Positions 25,400 to 38,538 are shown, numbered from the stretch's first letter. The stretch is DNA of 64,000 bases from Octopus bimaculoides (GCF_001194135.2 NC_069004.1:13135835-13199834); one strand, 5' to 3'. Made by a program: numbers and translations. The notes: a model not told the origin generated them from the letters alone.

Positions 25400-26030
25400 T
25401 AACATTCTCTGGAGATGTATCTGTCTTGTGAATGACTTGATTCATGTTGAAATTGAAGTAATGAAATTGCTGAAAAGTTATTTAATGACACTATGCAAAG
25501 CTGTTAAATCCACTTAAAATTATATTTATTTCATGAGATGTCAAAATTTTTGTCACGCAACTGTAAATGAATCACTGGCACATTTCCATTATAAATCTAT
25601 GTCAGTGACCGCGTTGCGGTTGTGTAATGGAAATTTTGATGCCTCGCAAAATAGATTAAATTCTTTAGTTAATTTAACAACTTTCAGTATTACTAAATTG
25701 CTCTTCCATGAAACAACAACATGAAAAAAATTTTTTTTTCCTGTTTATTCTCTTTCTCAGAAACAAAGCGACGATAGAGATAAAAGTTGCTTCTGGAAAT
25801 TAATTAGAATAAGCATCCCATGTTTTAAAACAAATAGTTTTTTTATGCTTAACCTGTTTGTTGCATTGTGCACTTGATTTCTTGGCTGTAGCTAAAGGTT
25901 ATTCATTTTTTAAAAATATTTTGCTGAAGTGAAAACAAATATCATCTCTAAGTTAAATACCAGTTCTACTTCTCTTGAATTATGTTTGAAAAGATAAGAA
26001 ATAACAAAGAGATACATACATAGATATGTG

Positions 26031-26068
<38 letters not shown>

Positions 26069-26184
26069 TATGCATGTACCTCATGTAGTTTGTGCATGTG
26101 TGTGTGTGTGTGTGTGTGTATGTGTACACATATGCCTTATGTTGTGTGTGTGCATATGCCTTATGTCTTGAGTGCACATCATAA

Positions 26185-26705
26185 TTTAACATCTGTTTCC
26201 CATGCTGGCATGAGTTGGACTAGCTGAAGGGCTGTTCAGGCTCCATGTCTGTTTTGGCATGGTCTTCTATGGCTGGATGCCCTTCCTAATGCCAACCACT
26301 TTATTCTTTTCTGTGTGGGACCAGCACTTTACAGGTCCACATGCTCAGCTGGAGAGGGTTGCAAGGGACAAGCCTGTATGCAAGGGCAACCACACTTTTA
26401 CTTAGCTTGATGTGCCTTTTCAAGCACAGCAAACCGCCAGAAGTCTTGGTCCCCTGTCATCTCCTCAGTGAGTCCCAACATTTGTAGATCCTTTCTCACT
26501 ACTTTGTCTCATGTCTTCCACATGTTCCCTCAACAATTAGAGACCAGCACCTCTTGGTGCAACTGTCTTTATTCATATGCATTACATGGCCATACCAGTG
26601 CAGTCTTCTCTCTTGCACACTACATCTGATGCTACATATACCCAATTTTTCTCTCAAATCTCTTACACTATGTTATATATGCACACTGACATTATCCGTC
26701 CAGTG
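26185..26705 (-). mobile_element. 5'-truncated RTE LINE 3' end
   Basis: Same 3' UTR as 11400-11965, extending into the RT C-terminus (minus-strand W.GHV.R-like segment). Confidence 0.75.
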
Positions 26706-28604
26706 AAGAATCATATGTACTAAAAACAGTTAGTTTACAAAGTATATTAGATAAGAATGTAAATATTTGTGGAGCTAAGATACAACTGAAAAGAATTAAC
26801 AATAAATCAGTCGATAAAACATTCTGCAAAATTGGTGTCCTCCAATTTCAGGTTCCAAATCTGCAACATGACAGTTAACATTCCCAAACAATTGGTAAGA
26901 AGAAACTATCCACACATGTTTACAGATATACTTCAAAAGGTCGGTTGTTAAATAAATGCAAATCACAAATTAAATCTATCAAAACTGCCAGTTACCCTCC
27001 ACTCAAACTTGCAGATAAACTTACTTTCAATCAGTTGGGTTTCACAAATCTTATTTCAGTTATTCTTTTTTTCTTTCAGATTTTTTTTCTCTGCTTATTT
27101 ATTTATGTTAATTTTATCAAATTGCATAGCACAGATGGTAGGGAGTAGGGCTAGATACTCTATAATATTGAATGTGGTATCTAATGTTTCCAAATTCCAG
27201 ATATTAATACTAAGGTCAATCAAATATATACCGCTTATTTTAGTTCACATCTCATCAGTATGAGTATAGCCTTACAGATTTATGAGCTATTGTGCTTGCT
27301 CCATCAAGTTTGTTTGTGCTTACTTCACAGTTTATTTTCAAAGCAGATGATATCCCTGAGTCATTTCTCTTGAGCTTTATACTATATTGTCCTTGCAGCC
27401 TATATACAGTCACTCTACAAAATATATCAAATATTTTATACACAACAAGGAATTTATCGATGATTGGAAACACCACAACTATGTATACAATATTTTTATG
27501 GAATTAAAAGCAGAGAATAGCAGGACACATTAGGTTTTAATCCTTCCATAGGAATTTCATCAATGAGCTAGCTGCCAAGAAAGGATCACATATGCAAACT
27601 GGTCCATTCTCTTTACTTAAGTGGCAAATAACGATTTCAAATTTTGGCACAAGGCCAGCAATCTTGGAGGGAAGGATGGAATTAGTCAATTACATTGACC
27701 CCCCCCCCCCAGTGTTCTACTGGTACTTGTTTTATTGATCCCAAAGGGATGAAAGGCACAGTTGACCTTGGCAGAATTTGAACTCAGAACGTGAAGATGG
27801 ATGAAATGTCACTAGGTGTTTTGCCTAGTGTGCTAACAATTCTGTTAACTTACCACCTTACCTAAGTACCTAATAATAACAGTGGGTTTATAAACAATAT
27901 GTTTGTTGACAATAAAAGAAAGGGAGGGTCTACAGTTGATGAAATCCTAATCCAAGGACAGAACATGGCATGTACTGCTCTTCCGAGCTTTTGCATGTGT
28001 GTGTGTGTTTTTATGTATATATTTGTTTGGTGTATTTTGGGGAAAAAACCACATAACACTCCTATGCTGTTGCATGCAGGATGTTTCTAGGTATGGGTAT
28101 ACATGCAGGACTCCTTTGTGCATAGGATAACTATGATGATAATAATAATATAACACACACACATATATACATACATATCTACTGTGATGTTGTTTAGTTC
28201 TAAGTCAGCACTAGCTGAGTAGACGTATAATGAAAGACAGCCCAACCATGATCGTTCCAACTTTAAAAAAAAATTTTTTGAGGGATAGCATTTTCTAAGA
28301 CCACAGTATAGAATCTGTTCTCCAGGATTTTTGGGTGCAATTTAAGGAAAATCTGGCTGCCACTTTTATCAAATCTCCTTTAAATTACATGATACCATAA
28401 TGAAGAACATGATTCTAACAGCTTGGGAAAACAATGATGGTACAATCATTGGCTCATAAAGTTATTCAGTAGACTTACACTGCTGGGTCTACAACTTAAA
28501 TACATCATGGCATTTACACACTAACTGAAACATATATCAAATATTGTTGTGCCTTGGGAGGGTCATTATGTTAATAATAATAAACATACACACTGGTTTG
28601 ATCT

Positions 28605-28827
28605 CACTTCTTTATTGTTAGTCATTTGGGTAAAAATCAGTTGTTTGTTTGTCAAAGTCCTTTCGTTGCTATTTGTGACCTCATCAATGACACTCTTTTC
28701 AAGGTCTGACTCTTCAAGACTTGACCTTGACAAACAAACAACCGGTTGATTGTTTAACCAACATATTAAACAAACGAATGATTAGTTAGTTGGTTAGATA
28801 TTTAACCAATTAACTAACAATAAAGTG
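28605..28827. repeat. Decayed fold-back element
   Basis: cactt..tttattgttagt and gttgtttgtttgtcaaagtc arms mirrored by gaccttgacaaacaaacaac and actaacaataaagtg. Confidence 0.7.
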
Positions 28828-29153
28828 CAATGACTGTCCCAAGACACAAGATTTATTTCAACACAAATTTACATAAAAAATCTTGCAAACAAAATACATA
28901 AATTAAATATACCAAATACAACTATATAAATCATGAAAAGGGGTTAGGAGAGAAAGAGGGGGAAAATGAACCTGTTGTTAAAGAGGTTGCTAGTTCAGAG
29001 GTATAGTAGCTGGTACAGTATTAGAAGGAACAAAAGAGGATACAATTGGAATATTTTAAAAAGCAAACAAGAAATAAAAAAGACAAAAATAACAACATCC
29101 CCAATTTACACCCTTCCTTGACTCAATACAAATTAAATCTTAATGTTAATTAC

Positions 29154-29256
29154 CTTTGATTTTTAATTGTTGCATGTAATTCTCCTATATTGTACACCTC
29201 AATTCACAACGCTAGATGAAGGTAACAGCTGTACTGTGTAATGTTGGAATCCAGGC
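29154..29256 (-). other. Candidate 103-nt exon with strong splice sites; stops in all frames, terminal ATG CAA CAA TTA AAA ATC AAA G
   Basis: Acceptor ttattgtttttactcttacag, donor AAAG|gtaatt. Confidence 0.45.
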
Positions 29257-29301
29257 CTGTAAGAGTAAAAACAATAATAATCAAAAATAAGTCATCATCA
29301 T

Positions 29302-30110
29302 CAGGCACAAGACCTGAAATTTTGGTGGAGGGAGTAAGTCGGTCACATTGACCCCCAGTACTCAACTGGTACTTAATTTATCGACCCGGAAAGGATGAAA
29401 GGCAAAGTTGGCCTCGGTGGGATTTGAACTCAAAACGTAGTGGTAGACGAAATACCGCTAAGCATTTCGCCCAGCATGCTAACTGTTCTGCCAGCTTGCT
29501 GTCTTAGTAATAATAGATAATGGTTTCAAATTTTGGCACCAAGGCCAGCAATTTTGAGGGGAGGGGTTAAGTCGATTACATCCACTGGTATTTGTTTTAT
29601 CTACCCCGAAAGGATGAAAATGCAAAGTTGACCTTGGCAGGATTTGAACTCAGAACGTATAAAGTCAGATGAAATGCTGTGAAGCATTTTGCCCTGTGTA
29701 CTAATGATTCTGCCAGCTCACTGCCTTAGTAATAATAAATAATAAGAACAACAATACAATACAAATAAGAAAAAGCATAACAGCCAGAGTTACATGCACC
29801 AGTGTCAGAGCAGGAAATAGATTCCAGAAGAATGATATTCTGACAGAGTGAATGAGGGAGTGGGCAGTACAGTCATTGCCGGTGGTGAGCTGGCAGAATT
29901 GTTCGGACACCAGGTGAAATTCTTAGTGGTATTTTGTCTATCACTACGTTCTGAGTTCAGATTTCGCCAATATTGACTTTGCCTTTCATCCTTCTAGGGA
30001 TTGATTAAATAAGTACCAGTTATGCACTGGGGTTGATGTAATCGACTTAATCCCTTCCCCCAAATTTGAGGCGTTGTGCTTCCAGTAGAAAGAATTATCA
30101 TTATTATTAT
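29302..30110. mobile_element. Three SINE family B copies (two minus at 29302-29727, one plus at 29878-30110)
   Basis: Family B body; the copy at 29302-29505 is CpG-rich and looks young. Confidence 0.85.
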
Positions 30111-30656
30111 TAACAATCTTCTACATATAGAACATCTGATTTATATTGAGATTATAAATATATGTTATTGTGTCTGGGGAGAGTCATTCTCTTTTAGTGC
30201 CTAACACACTCACCGGTTCAATTTCCACTCATTTACTTAATTTTATTAAAATTTTCGTTACATCTTGCAACCTTTTCAATAGTCATTGATTCTGTACGTT
30301 ATCAGAGCTGCGTTCTTTTTGTTTGTTTGTTTGTGTGCATATGTGTACATTTGTGTGCATCATCATCATCATCATCGTTTAACGTCCGCTTTCCATGCTA
30401 GCATGGGTGTTTGTGTGTTTGTATGTATGTGTATATTTGTGTGTATACCTGTCTCCTTGTGTGTACATATTTGAGTGTGTCTATGTGTATGGGTTTGTGT
30501 GACTATGTATGTGCATCTCCATATGTGTCCTTGTGTGTGTGTGTGTGTGTATATGGTCGTGTGTTTCAGTCTTCATTTGTGTATTATGTGTGTGAGTGCT
30601 TGTCTGACTATATATATATATATATATATATATGTGTATATATATATATATATATA

Positions 30657-30826
30657 CAACTTATAAATAAGGGAAAAAAAAAAGAAATTCCTATGCCAAA
30701 TATGCCGAGAAACAAACATTAAACTGTCAATAACAACATATAGTTCATCACTATTGACGATTTAGAGTCTATTTCTTGGCATATTTGGCATAGGAATTTT
30801 TTTCTTTTGTCCTTATTTATAAGTTG
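30657..30826. mobile_element. MITE-like element with about 55-bp terminal inverted repeats
   Basis: caacttataaataagg..attcctatgccaaatatgcc mirrored by ggcatatttggcataggaat..ccttatttataagttg. Confidence 0.85.
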
Positions 30827-30907
30827 ATTATAATTTTCAACTTAAAAGGTATTTTTTAAATATGTTGGCTACTGATAAAATGTTTTGAAAATTTTATCCT
30901 ATATTAG

Positions 30908-30957
<50 letters not shown>

Positions 30958-30959
<2 letters not shown>

Positions 30960-31140
30960 GAGAATATACGAAAAAGCAACAACAGATGAGGACAAGTGGT
31001 GTAAATAACAAAAGGATGTATTAGTATGACGCTCGGGAATGCGGAAAGTCTTTGATGTTTCGAGCTACGCTCTTCAACAGAAAGAATACGGAGACAAGGA
31101 GAAAAACACGGAGAAAAAAAATTGAATAGTGTTCAGTCAC
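30958..31140 (-). mobile_element. About 180-bp Penelope-terminus-like repeat, copy 1, abutting (TA)n
   Basis: Colinear with 42487-42665 (gtggtgtaaa..gtattagtat.acgctcgggaat..tacgctcttcaacagaaag); contains a hammerhead motif. Confidence 0.65.
31049..31085 (-). ncRNA. Minimal type-I hammerhead ribozyme-like motif (U6 core variant)
   Basis: UCUUU-CUGUUGAA-GAGC(GUA)GCUC-GAAA-CAUC-AAAGA: 5-bp stem I, 4-bp stem II, NUH = AUC. Confidence 0.65.
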
Positions 31141-31941
31141 ACATGCGTACATATTCATATATACACATAGATACAGACATATATATATATTTATATACGT
31201 ACACATGCATACATATTTATATATATATACATACATAGACATATATATATATTTATATACATACACATGCATACATATTCATATATATATACATACATAC
31301 AGACATATATATATATTACTTTTTCATCCTGTTTTGTATATTTTCATGGGTCAACTTTGAAAATTAGATTTGAATGGTTTCGTTTTTTTTGGGATGTGTA
31401 TTGCTAATAATAATGATGGTGATGCTAGCAATAATAATGGGACCCTGAGGAGATGGAGTATCCTATATTTTGTAATATTTTATGATATGTATTAATCATT
31501 CTGGATGTTCTATCGAAATGTACATAGGTCTATTTATTTGTTATTATTATTGTTATTGTTGTTGTAATAAAGTATTTTCAACGGATCAATTTTGAGCTCT
31601 ATTTAAAGTTGATATATATATATATATATATATATATCTTTTATCTTTTACTTCTTTCAGTCATTAGACTGTGGCCATGCTGGGGCACTACGTTGAAGGA
31701 TGTTTTTACTTAAATAAACTGACTCCAGTACTTATTTTGCTTAAGCCTGGTACTTATTCTGGTGTAGTCTCTTTTGTCAAACTGCTAAGTTACAGGGGCA
31801 TAAACACTAATATTGGTTGTCAAGTGGTGACAGGGGACAAACACAAACATACACACAGATATGTGTGTGTGTATACACAACAGCTCTGTCAACCAAATCC
31901 ACTCACAAGAGAGATAGATGGATAGAGAGGGATACATAAAG

Positions 31942-31972
<31 letters not shown>

Positions 31973-32301
31973 GATAGCCAGGCAGGTTGATAGAGGTATA
32001 GATAAATAATTATAAATAGATAGAGACAGACTTAGAAAGAGCTGTTGATATTGAGAAATCATGTTATGTGAGCTGTTGTTCTTACTGTGTGTGTGTGGTT
32101 GCTTGTTACTGTATTTTTGTGTGTGTATGCAGTTGTTATTAAAGTGCACTTGTACATGTACATATGTGCAGTTGCTTGGTACTGTGTGACCATGTGACTA
32201 TGCATATGTATGTATGTACATGTTTTTAATTGGTACTGTTTATTTGTGAGCAGTGCATTTCTGTATGTATGTGCATGCATGCATATGTGTATGCAAGTGG
32301 C

Positions 32302-32367
<66 letters not shown>

Positions 32368-32834
32368 ACGCGTAAAGACAGACATGCACAAACATTTCAC
32401 CAGCTTTGGAACCATTCATCTTTCCGAATGAAGTTCATAACTGTTTGAACATACTCATATATGCAAACATCCACCCTTGGTATAACTCACAGATGAGGTT
32501 AATATCCTGTCATACACCCCCCCCCCATATAGTCACAGACCACATGTACAGACAAACAGTCATGCTCCAGTGATTCTGGTGCACAATCTGCGAAAATTGT
32601 ACTTAGGATTGACTCCATGGCCAGTCATCAAGGTTTTGTGAGAATAACCGAGCATGACTAATGTTTGTTAACGGATGTGTTGTGTTTTGTCTGCTATTAT
32701 GATGTGTGATGACCTGATGTTGGTACATAGCTGTTCTATAGGAAAAGTGTGCCGTTAATAACGCACACACAGATACATGTTGATTGTATTTAACCCTTTA
32801 GCGTTCAAATTACCCTGCCTGATGTATCATCATC

Positions 32835-33490
32835 ATCCTCCTCTTCATCATCATTATCATCATTGTTTAATGTCTGTTTTTCATGCTGGCATGGGTTGGA
32901 CAGTTTGACAGGAGGTGGCCAGCTGGAGAGCTGTCCAGGCTCCAATTGTCTGTTTTTGGCATGGTTTCTACAGCTGGATACCCTTCCTAATGCCAACCTC
33001 TTTACAGAGTGTGCTAGGTGCTTTTTACATAGCACCAGCATGATTGCAAAACACGTGGCACTGGCACAAGTGCATTTATGTGAGACTGACACAAGAATAT
33101 TTTATGTGGCACTGGTATAAGTACATTTTACATGGCACCAGCATGAGTACATTTCATGTGGCACTGGCATATGTGCATTTTTATGTGATTGACACTGGCA
33201 CAAGTGCATATAATGTGGCACTGGCATGAGTACATTTTATATGGCACCAGCACCTGCTAGACAAAGAACTTTCAGCTGGGAGAGGAAGTGAGGGCATGGT
33301 CATAAAGGACATGCCAGTATGTATGGATGGCCACAATTTTACTTCTCTTGATGTATCTTCCCAAGTACAGCAAATCACCGGAAGTCTTGGTCCCTTGTCA
33401 TCTCAGTGAGGCCCAGTGTCTGAAGATCTTTTCTCCCCACTTTGTCCCACATCTTCCTGGGTCTACCCCTTCCACAAAACATTTTCATTC
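32835..33490 (-). mobile_element. RTE LINE 3' end with an internal tandem array in the UTR
   Basis: (cat)n tail, family UTR, and cttcctgggtctaccccttcc (RPRK.W on minus). Confidence 0.8.
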
Positions 33491-34989
33491 ACATTGGGTT
33501 GAATCAATTAAGCACCATCTCATAGCTTCAAGGTTTTGTGATGTGATTGAATGTTTTTAGAATGGTATTGTTGGGTAGGTGTGAGATGCCAAATCTGGCC
33601 AGTTTGACATAAATCAAGTAAAATACTTGAGTTGGATATGGTCGGTTTAGATGCTAAAGGATTAAAACCTTCCTACAAACACTTCTTGTCAATGGTCACA
33701 CCCTTTATAATGGCTAAGCAGAAATGAAAAAGAAAGGCTTAAGAACATGATGATATAATGGTTTCAAATTTTAACACAAGGCTAGTAATTTTGAGGGGAG
33801 GGGGCCAAATCGATTAAATTTATCTCAGTACTCAGCTAGTATTTTATTTTATTAACCTTGAAAGGATGAAATGCAAAGTTGACCTCAGCAGGATTTGAAC
33901 ACAGAACATAAGGAGCTGGAAGAAAGGCCATATTTTTCAGTGCTCTAACAGTTCTGCAAGCTCACCATCTTTAAGAAAAAATACAGTATTGCACACATAC
34001 ACAGGTGTTCATATACTAAGATACACATACATGCATATAAATGCAAGTATACACACACTTATACATATATGCATACATAGACCTACACACACATACATGT
34101 TTGCTTACATATATACATATGCTCACACGTTTGCTTACACATATATATGCTCACACACACATGGTTACAGACAAACACACACATGCTTACAGACAGACAC
34201 ACATACACACATATATATATATATATATGCTTACACACACATTTATATGCTTAACACACAAATATATATGCTTATATACACACATATTCAAACAAGCATA
34301 TACATGTATACATACATACATACACACACACACATATACACACACTTGCACAGAAACACATTGCCATCTATCTGCACTACGATATTGTGACGATTAGGTC
34401 ATGCAACTTTGGAATGACACTCCACCACCTCTCAAACCACACACATGTACTTATCTATCTGAGATATTGTGGAAATTAGGTCATGAAACTATGGAACATA
34501 TAACACACACATAATATATACTCACACACATGCATACATATATGCACACACACATCCACTTTTTTACCCAACAAATTGTGAAGCCTTATAACTTTGGAAT
34601 AAATTTTTTGTTTCCTATACTTGTTCCAGTCATTAGACTGCAGCCATGCTGGGGACTTGGAGAATATTTAGTTGAACTAACTGACACCAGTACTGATTTT
34701 TTGTTAAGCTTCATACTTCTGCTATTGGTTTCTTTTGCTAATCTGCTAAGTTACAGGGACATAACACATACACAAAGACACACATGTGTGTGTATGTTCA
34801 TGTTTGTCCCACTTCCATCACCACTGCCACCACCACCACTTGATGCCACTTGTTGGTTTGTTTACATCCCCCATAACTTGGTAGTTCAGCAAAAGGAACT
34901 GATATAAAGAAGGACCAGACTTCAAAAAAAAAAAAAGCAGCAGGGTTGATTTGTTCAACTAAAATCCCTTCAATTCAGTGCCCCAGCAT

Positions 34990-35345
34990 GGTCACAGTTC
35001 AGTCCCACTGCATGACACCTTGGGCAAGTGTCTTCTACTATAACCTTAGGCCAACCAAAGCTTTGTGAGTGAATTTGGTAGACAGAAACTGAAAGAAGCC
35101 TATTGTACATATGTACATACATACATATATGTGTGTGTGTATCTGTGTCTGTATTTGTCCCACCATCACTGCTTGACAACCACTGTTGGTGTATTTATGT
35201 CCCCATAACTTAGCAGTTTGGCCAAAGAGACTAATAGGATAAGTACTAGGCTTTAAAAAAAAAAGTCCTGGGGTTGATTTGTTTGACTAAAATCCTTCAA
35301 GGTGGTGCTCCAGCATGGCTGCACTCAAATGAATGAAACAAATAA
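34990..35345 (+). mobile_element. SINE family A
   Basis: Colinear with the family A consensus. Confidence 0.8.
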
Positions 35346-35506
35346 AAGAATAAAACTGTTTATTGTGCATGAAAGAAAACCTATTGAGATGCATAACAAG
35401 TGGCGTAGTGAAGTTTGTTGCCTGCTAGAGAAAGTAAAATGTATTCCAGCTCTGACCATACTCTCTTTTATTCAATATAACTATAACTTCAGCATCCAGT
35501 ATGCCC

Positions 35507-35977
35507 TTTGACCCTTCCACATTCAGATTATTGTCTCACATATAATGCTTACTTATTCACATTGTTTAGAATTAATCATGCATTATCTCAAAGCTTCGAG
35601 ATTTTGAAAATGTGATTGTTTAATTTTGTGATGACATTGTAGAGTGTGAGAGATCAGATCTGGCTGGTTTGAACATAAAACTGATAGAATTATTGGGCCA
35701 GATATGGTCGGTTTAAATGCTAACGCAGTGGTTCTCAGCCAGTGTCCATATAAGATTTTGTTGTCAAAATTTATGTGCAATAAATTGGTTATACTTCTAC
35801 AATACACAAAATATTTTAACAAGTTTTTGATACAATTCCTAATTATGTCTAATAAAAAATATAATGGGATTTTTTAGACATCGAATGGCTATAAGGGACC
35901 CCCTTCCTTGAGCAAAACAGGAGTCAAAGGGGTCCATAGGTAAAAAATAGTTTAGAACCACTGTGCTAAGAGGTTAA
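35507..35977. mobile_element. piggyBac-like MITE interrupted near its end by a hAT MITE
   Basis: Terminus gtttaaatgctaa|insert|tgctaagaggttaa. Confidence 0.8.
35726..35963. mobile_element. hAT/Charlie-like MITE
   Basis: TIRs cagtggttct / agaaccactg; 8-bp flanks tgctaacg/tgctaaga. Confidence 0.85.
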
Positions 35978-36271
35978 GCAGCTCACTTTACCAAATTTAG
36001 TAATACTCATCATAAAAGTGGTCATGAATACACAATCACCATGGTCAGTCAGTGGTTGTCAATAAATTTTAAGGATCTCTTAGTCCTAGTTCAGACTTTC
36101 TGATTCATACTGTGTTGAGTAGAAATGGGTGCAGATATAGTTGTGTGGTTAAGAACTTTACTTGTCAACTATGTGGTTTTGGGTTCAGCCCTGGGTTGAC
36201 CAAAGTTTTGTGAGTGGATTTGATAGATTGAAATTGAAAAAAGCCAGTTGTATGTTGTATGAGGAGTAACC

Positions 36272-36308
<37 letters not shown>

Positions 36309-36860
36309 TGGGACATTGCTATGATTTGGCCACATCCTTTTGTGGTTAGCATGCATAAGTTATTAAGCTGTATAGAGAGAATTACTGGCATAGTTCTGTC
36401 TGTCAGCAGAAAATAAGATGATGTGTTTTCTGATAAATGACAAACTGGTTGTGAAACAGCTGTAAAGATAATATTATTCACTTTGCCTAAAAAAGATGCA
36501 GTAAAGAATATGCTTCCAATAGCTGAGATAGACAGTATAACCACATGAAAAAAAAAATTACTTGGTATGCAGGTTTGTTGAAAACACATGTCCAATGGTT
36601 TTAAAATTATATATAAAAGGATTTTTAGAACTTTGACAGCTATTCAGATGAATGCTACGAGACTTGAAGTTCTGTAGCTAATGCTAATTAGTACTGAGTT
36701 GAATGTAAGAATGCAGAGATGGATAAATGTGATACAAAGCTACACCTCTCTACTAATTTGCCACAACAAGCTAGAATTTCTTCAAAGAAGAAATAAAGAA
36801 AATAAAAATTGCAATTAAATGCAGATATCAGACACACACACACACACACACACACACATC

Positions 36861-37080
36861 TATGAAGGGGTGTTGAAAAGTTCCTGGCTTTGGGTAAAAG
36901 AAAATACAAGAGGATCAGATAATTATGATTTTGTTCAACATATTCCCCTCTCACATTCACATACTTAATGCAGCAGTCTTTCAGTTTTTCTAAGTCTTGT
37001 TAAAGAATTCAAAATGTTGGACCTCCAACCAAGCCTTTCACAATACCCTTAAAGCCAGGAACTTCTCAGCTCCCCTTGTA
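36861..37080. mobile_element. Mariner-like MITE
   Basis: About 30-bp TIRs tatgaaggggtgttgaaaagttcctggcttt / aaagccaggaacttctcagctccccttgta, with TA ends. Confidence 0.85.
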
Positions 37081-37116
37081 TTTGTATATACATGCTTATA
37101 TATACACACATTTTAT

Positions 37117-37151
<35 letters not shown>

Positions 37152-38219
37152 CATGCCTGTATTTTTTTCTTAAAACTTTGCCGAGTAATTACCATTTATA
37201 ACATGCATCCCACATGTGAAGCAAAAATATGCATATTATGTAAAATTTCTTGTGGAATTTTGTTTTGATAATTTGAATATTTTTTTTTTTCTCTTAATCT
37301 CAGTTACCTTCTGCCATGTCTTGTTAACATACACAACACACACACACACACACATACACACAAAAGACACATACAAACAAATCCTTCTATGTATATTTTA
37401 AGGTTATAAATATCATTTCACATGATCAGTGAATAGATAAGAAGACAGTTAAGTATGGTACAAACAAAAGCTGGGAAGAAAAATCAAGAATCTACAAAAG
37501 AAATTATCTTCACACAATCTGAAAACAAATACACTTTCAAATTCAAATTATTTTCTCTATTTTATTTCATTATTATTACTATTTTTTTAAAAATCTTACA
37601 TTCACTTCTCACAGACTTAGGTATGGGTTTCAGTTCCACAGTGCGGCATTCTAGACAAGTGCCTTCTATTATAGCCCTGGGATGACCAAAACCTTGTGAG
37701 TGGATTCCATAGACAGAAACTGAAAGAAGCCCATGACACCCATAAAATCATAGTTGTGGCCATTACCAGTGTTACGTAAATGGCACCCATGCCAGTAGCA
37801 TGTAAAAAGTACTCATTATACTCTTAGAGTGGTTGACATTAGGAAGGGGATCCAGCCATAGAAACTATGCCAAATCAGGCTGGAACCTGGTGCAACTCTC
37901 TGGCTTACCAGTTCCAGTCAAACCGTCTAACCTATGCCAGCATGGAAGGTGGATATTAAATGATGATGATGATATATATATATATATATATATGTACTTT
38001 AACCATGTAACACAAGCCTTCTGTAGTTTTTTCACTCTTATTATCTTTTATATATGTATATATACACATTTATTAAAGGCAAAAAAATCTTTACAAACTG
38101 TTACTCAGAGTTTCATGTTACCTCACAACTGTCCAACAAATGGAAATGTGGAACTGAGTAACAGTTTGTGAAGATTTTTTTTCTGCTTTAATAAAAAGCA
38201 TATTACTCTNNNNNNNNNN

Positions 38220-38468
38220 TGTGTGTGTGTGTATGTGTGTGTGTGTGTATATGTTTGTGTGTCGGTGTTTGTCCCCGCAACATCGCTTGACAACCGATGC
38301 TGGTGTGTTTACATCTCCATAACGTAGCGGTTCAGCAAATGAGACTGATGGAATAAGTACTAGGCTTACAAAGTATAAGTCCTGGGGTCGATTTGCTCGA
38401 CTAAAGGCGGTGCTCCAGCATGGACACAATCGAATGACTGAAACAAGTAAAAGAATGAAAGAATAAAC
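38220..38468 (+). mobile_element. Young SINE family A 3' half (5' part lost in the gap)
   Basis: CpG-rich catcgcttgacaaccgatgctgg..ggggtcgatttgctcgactaaaggcgg. Confidence 0.85.
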
Positions 38469-38488
38469 GAATATACATATGCTTGTGA

Positions 38489-38538
<50 letters not shown>

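Noticed and set aside
27255-27507. ORFs on both strands (VFPIIDKFLV; LAPSSLFVLTSQF)
   Set aside because: Vague hAT-like or membrane-protein-like resemblance only; no consistent splice frame
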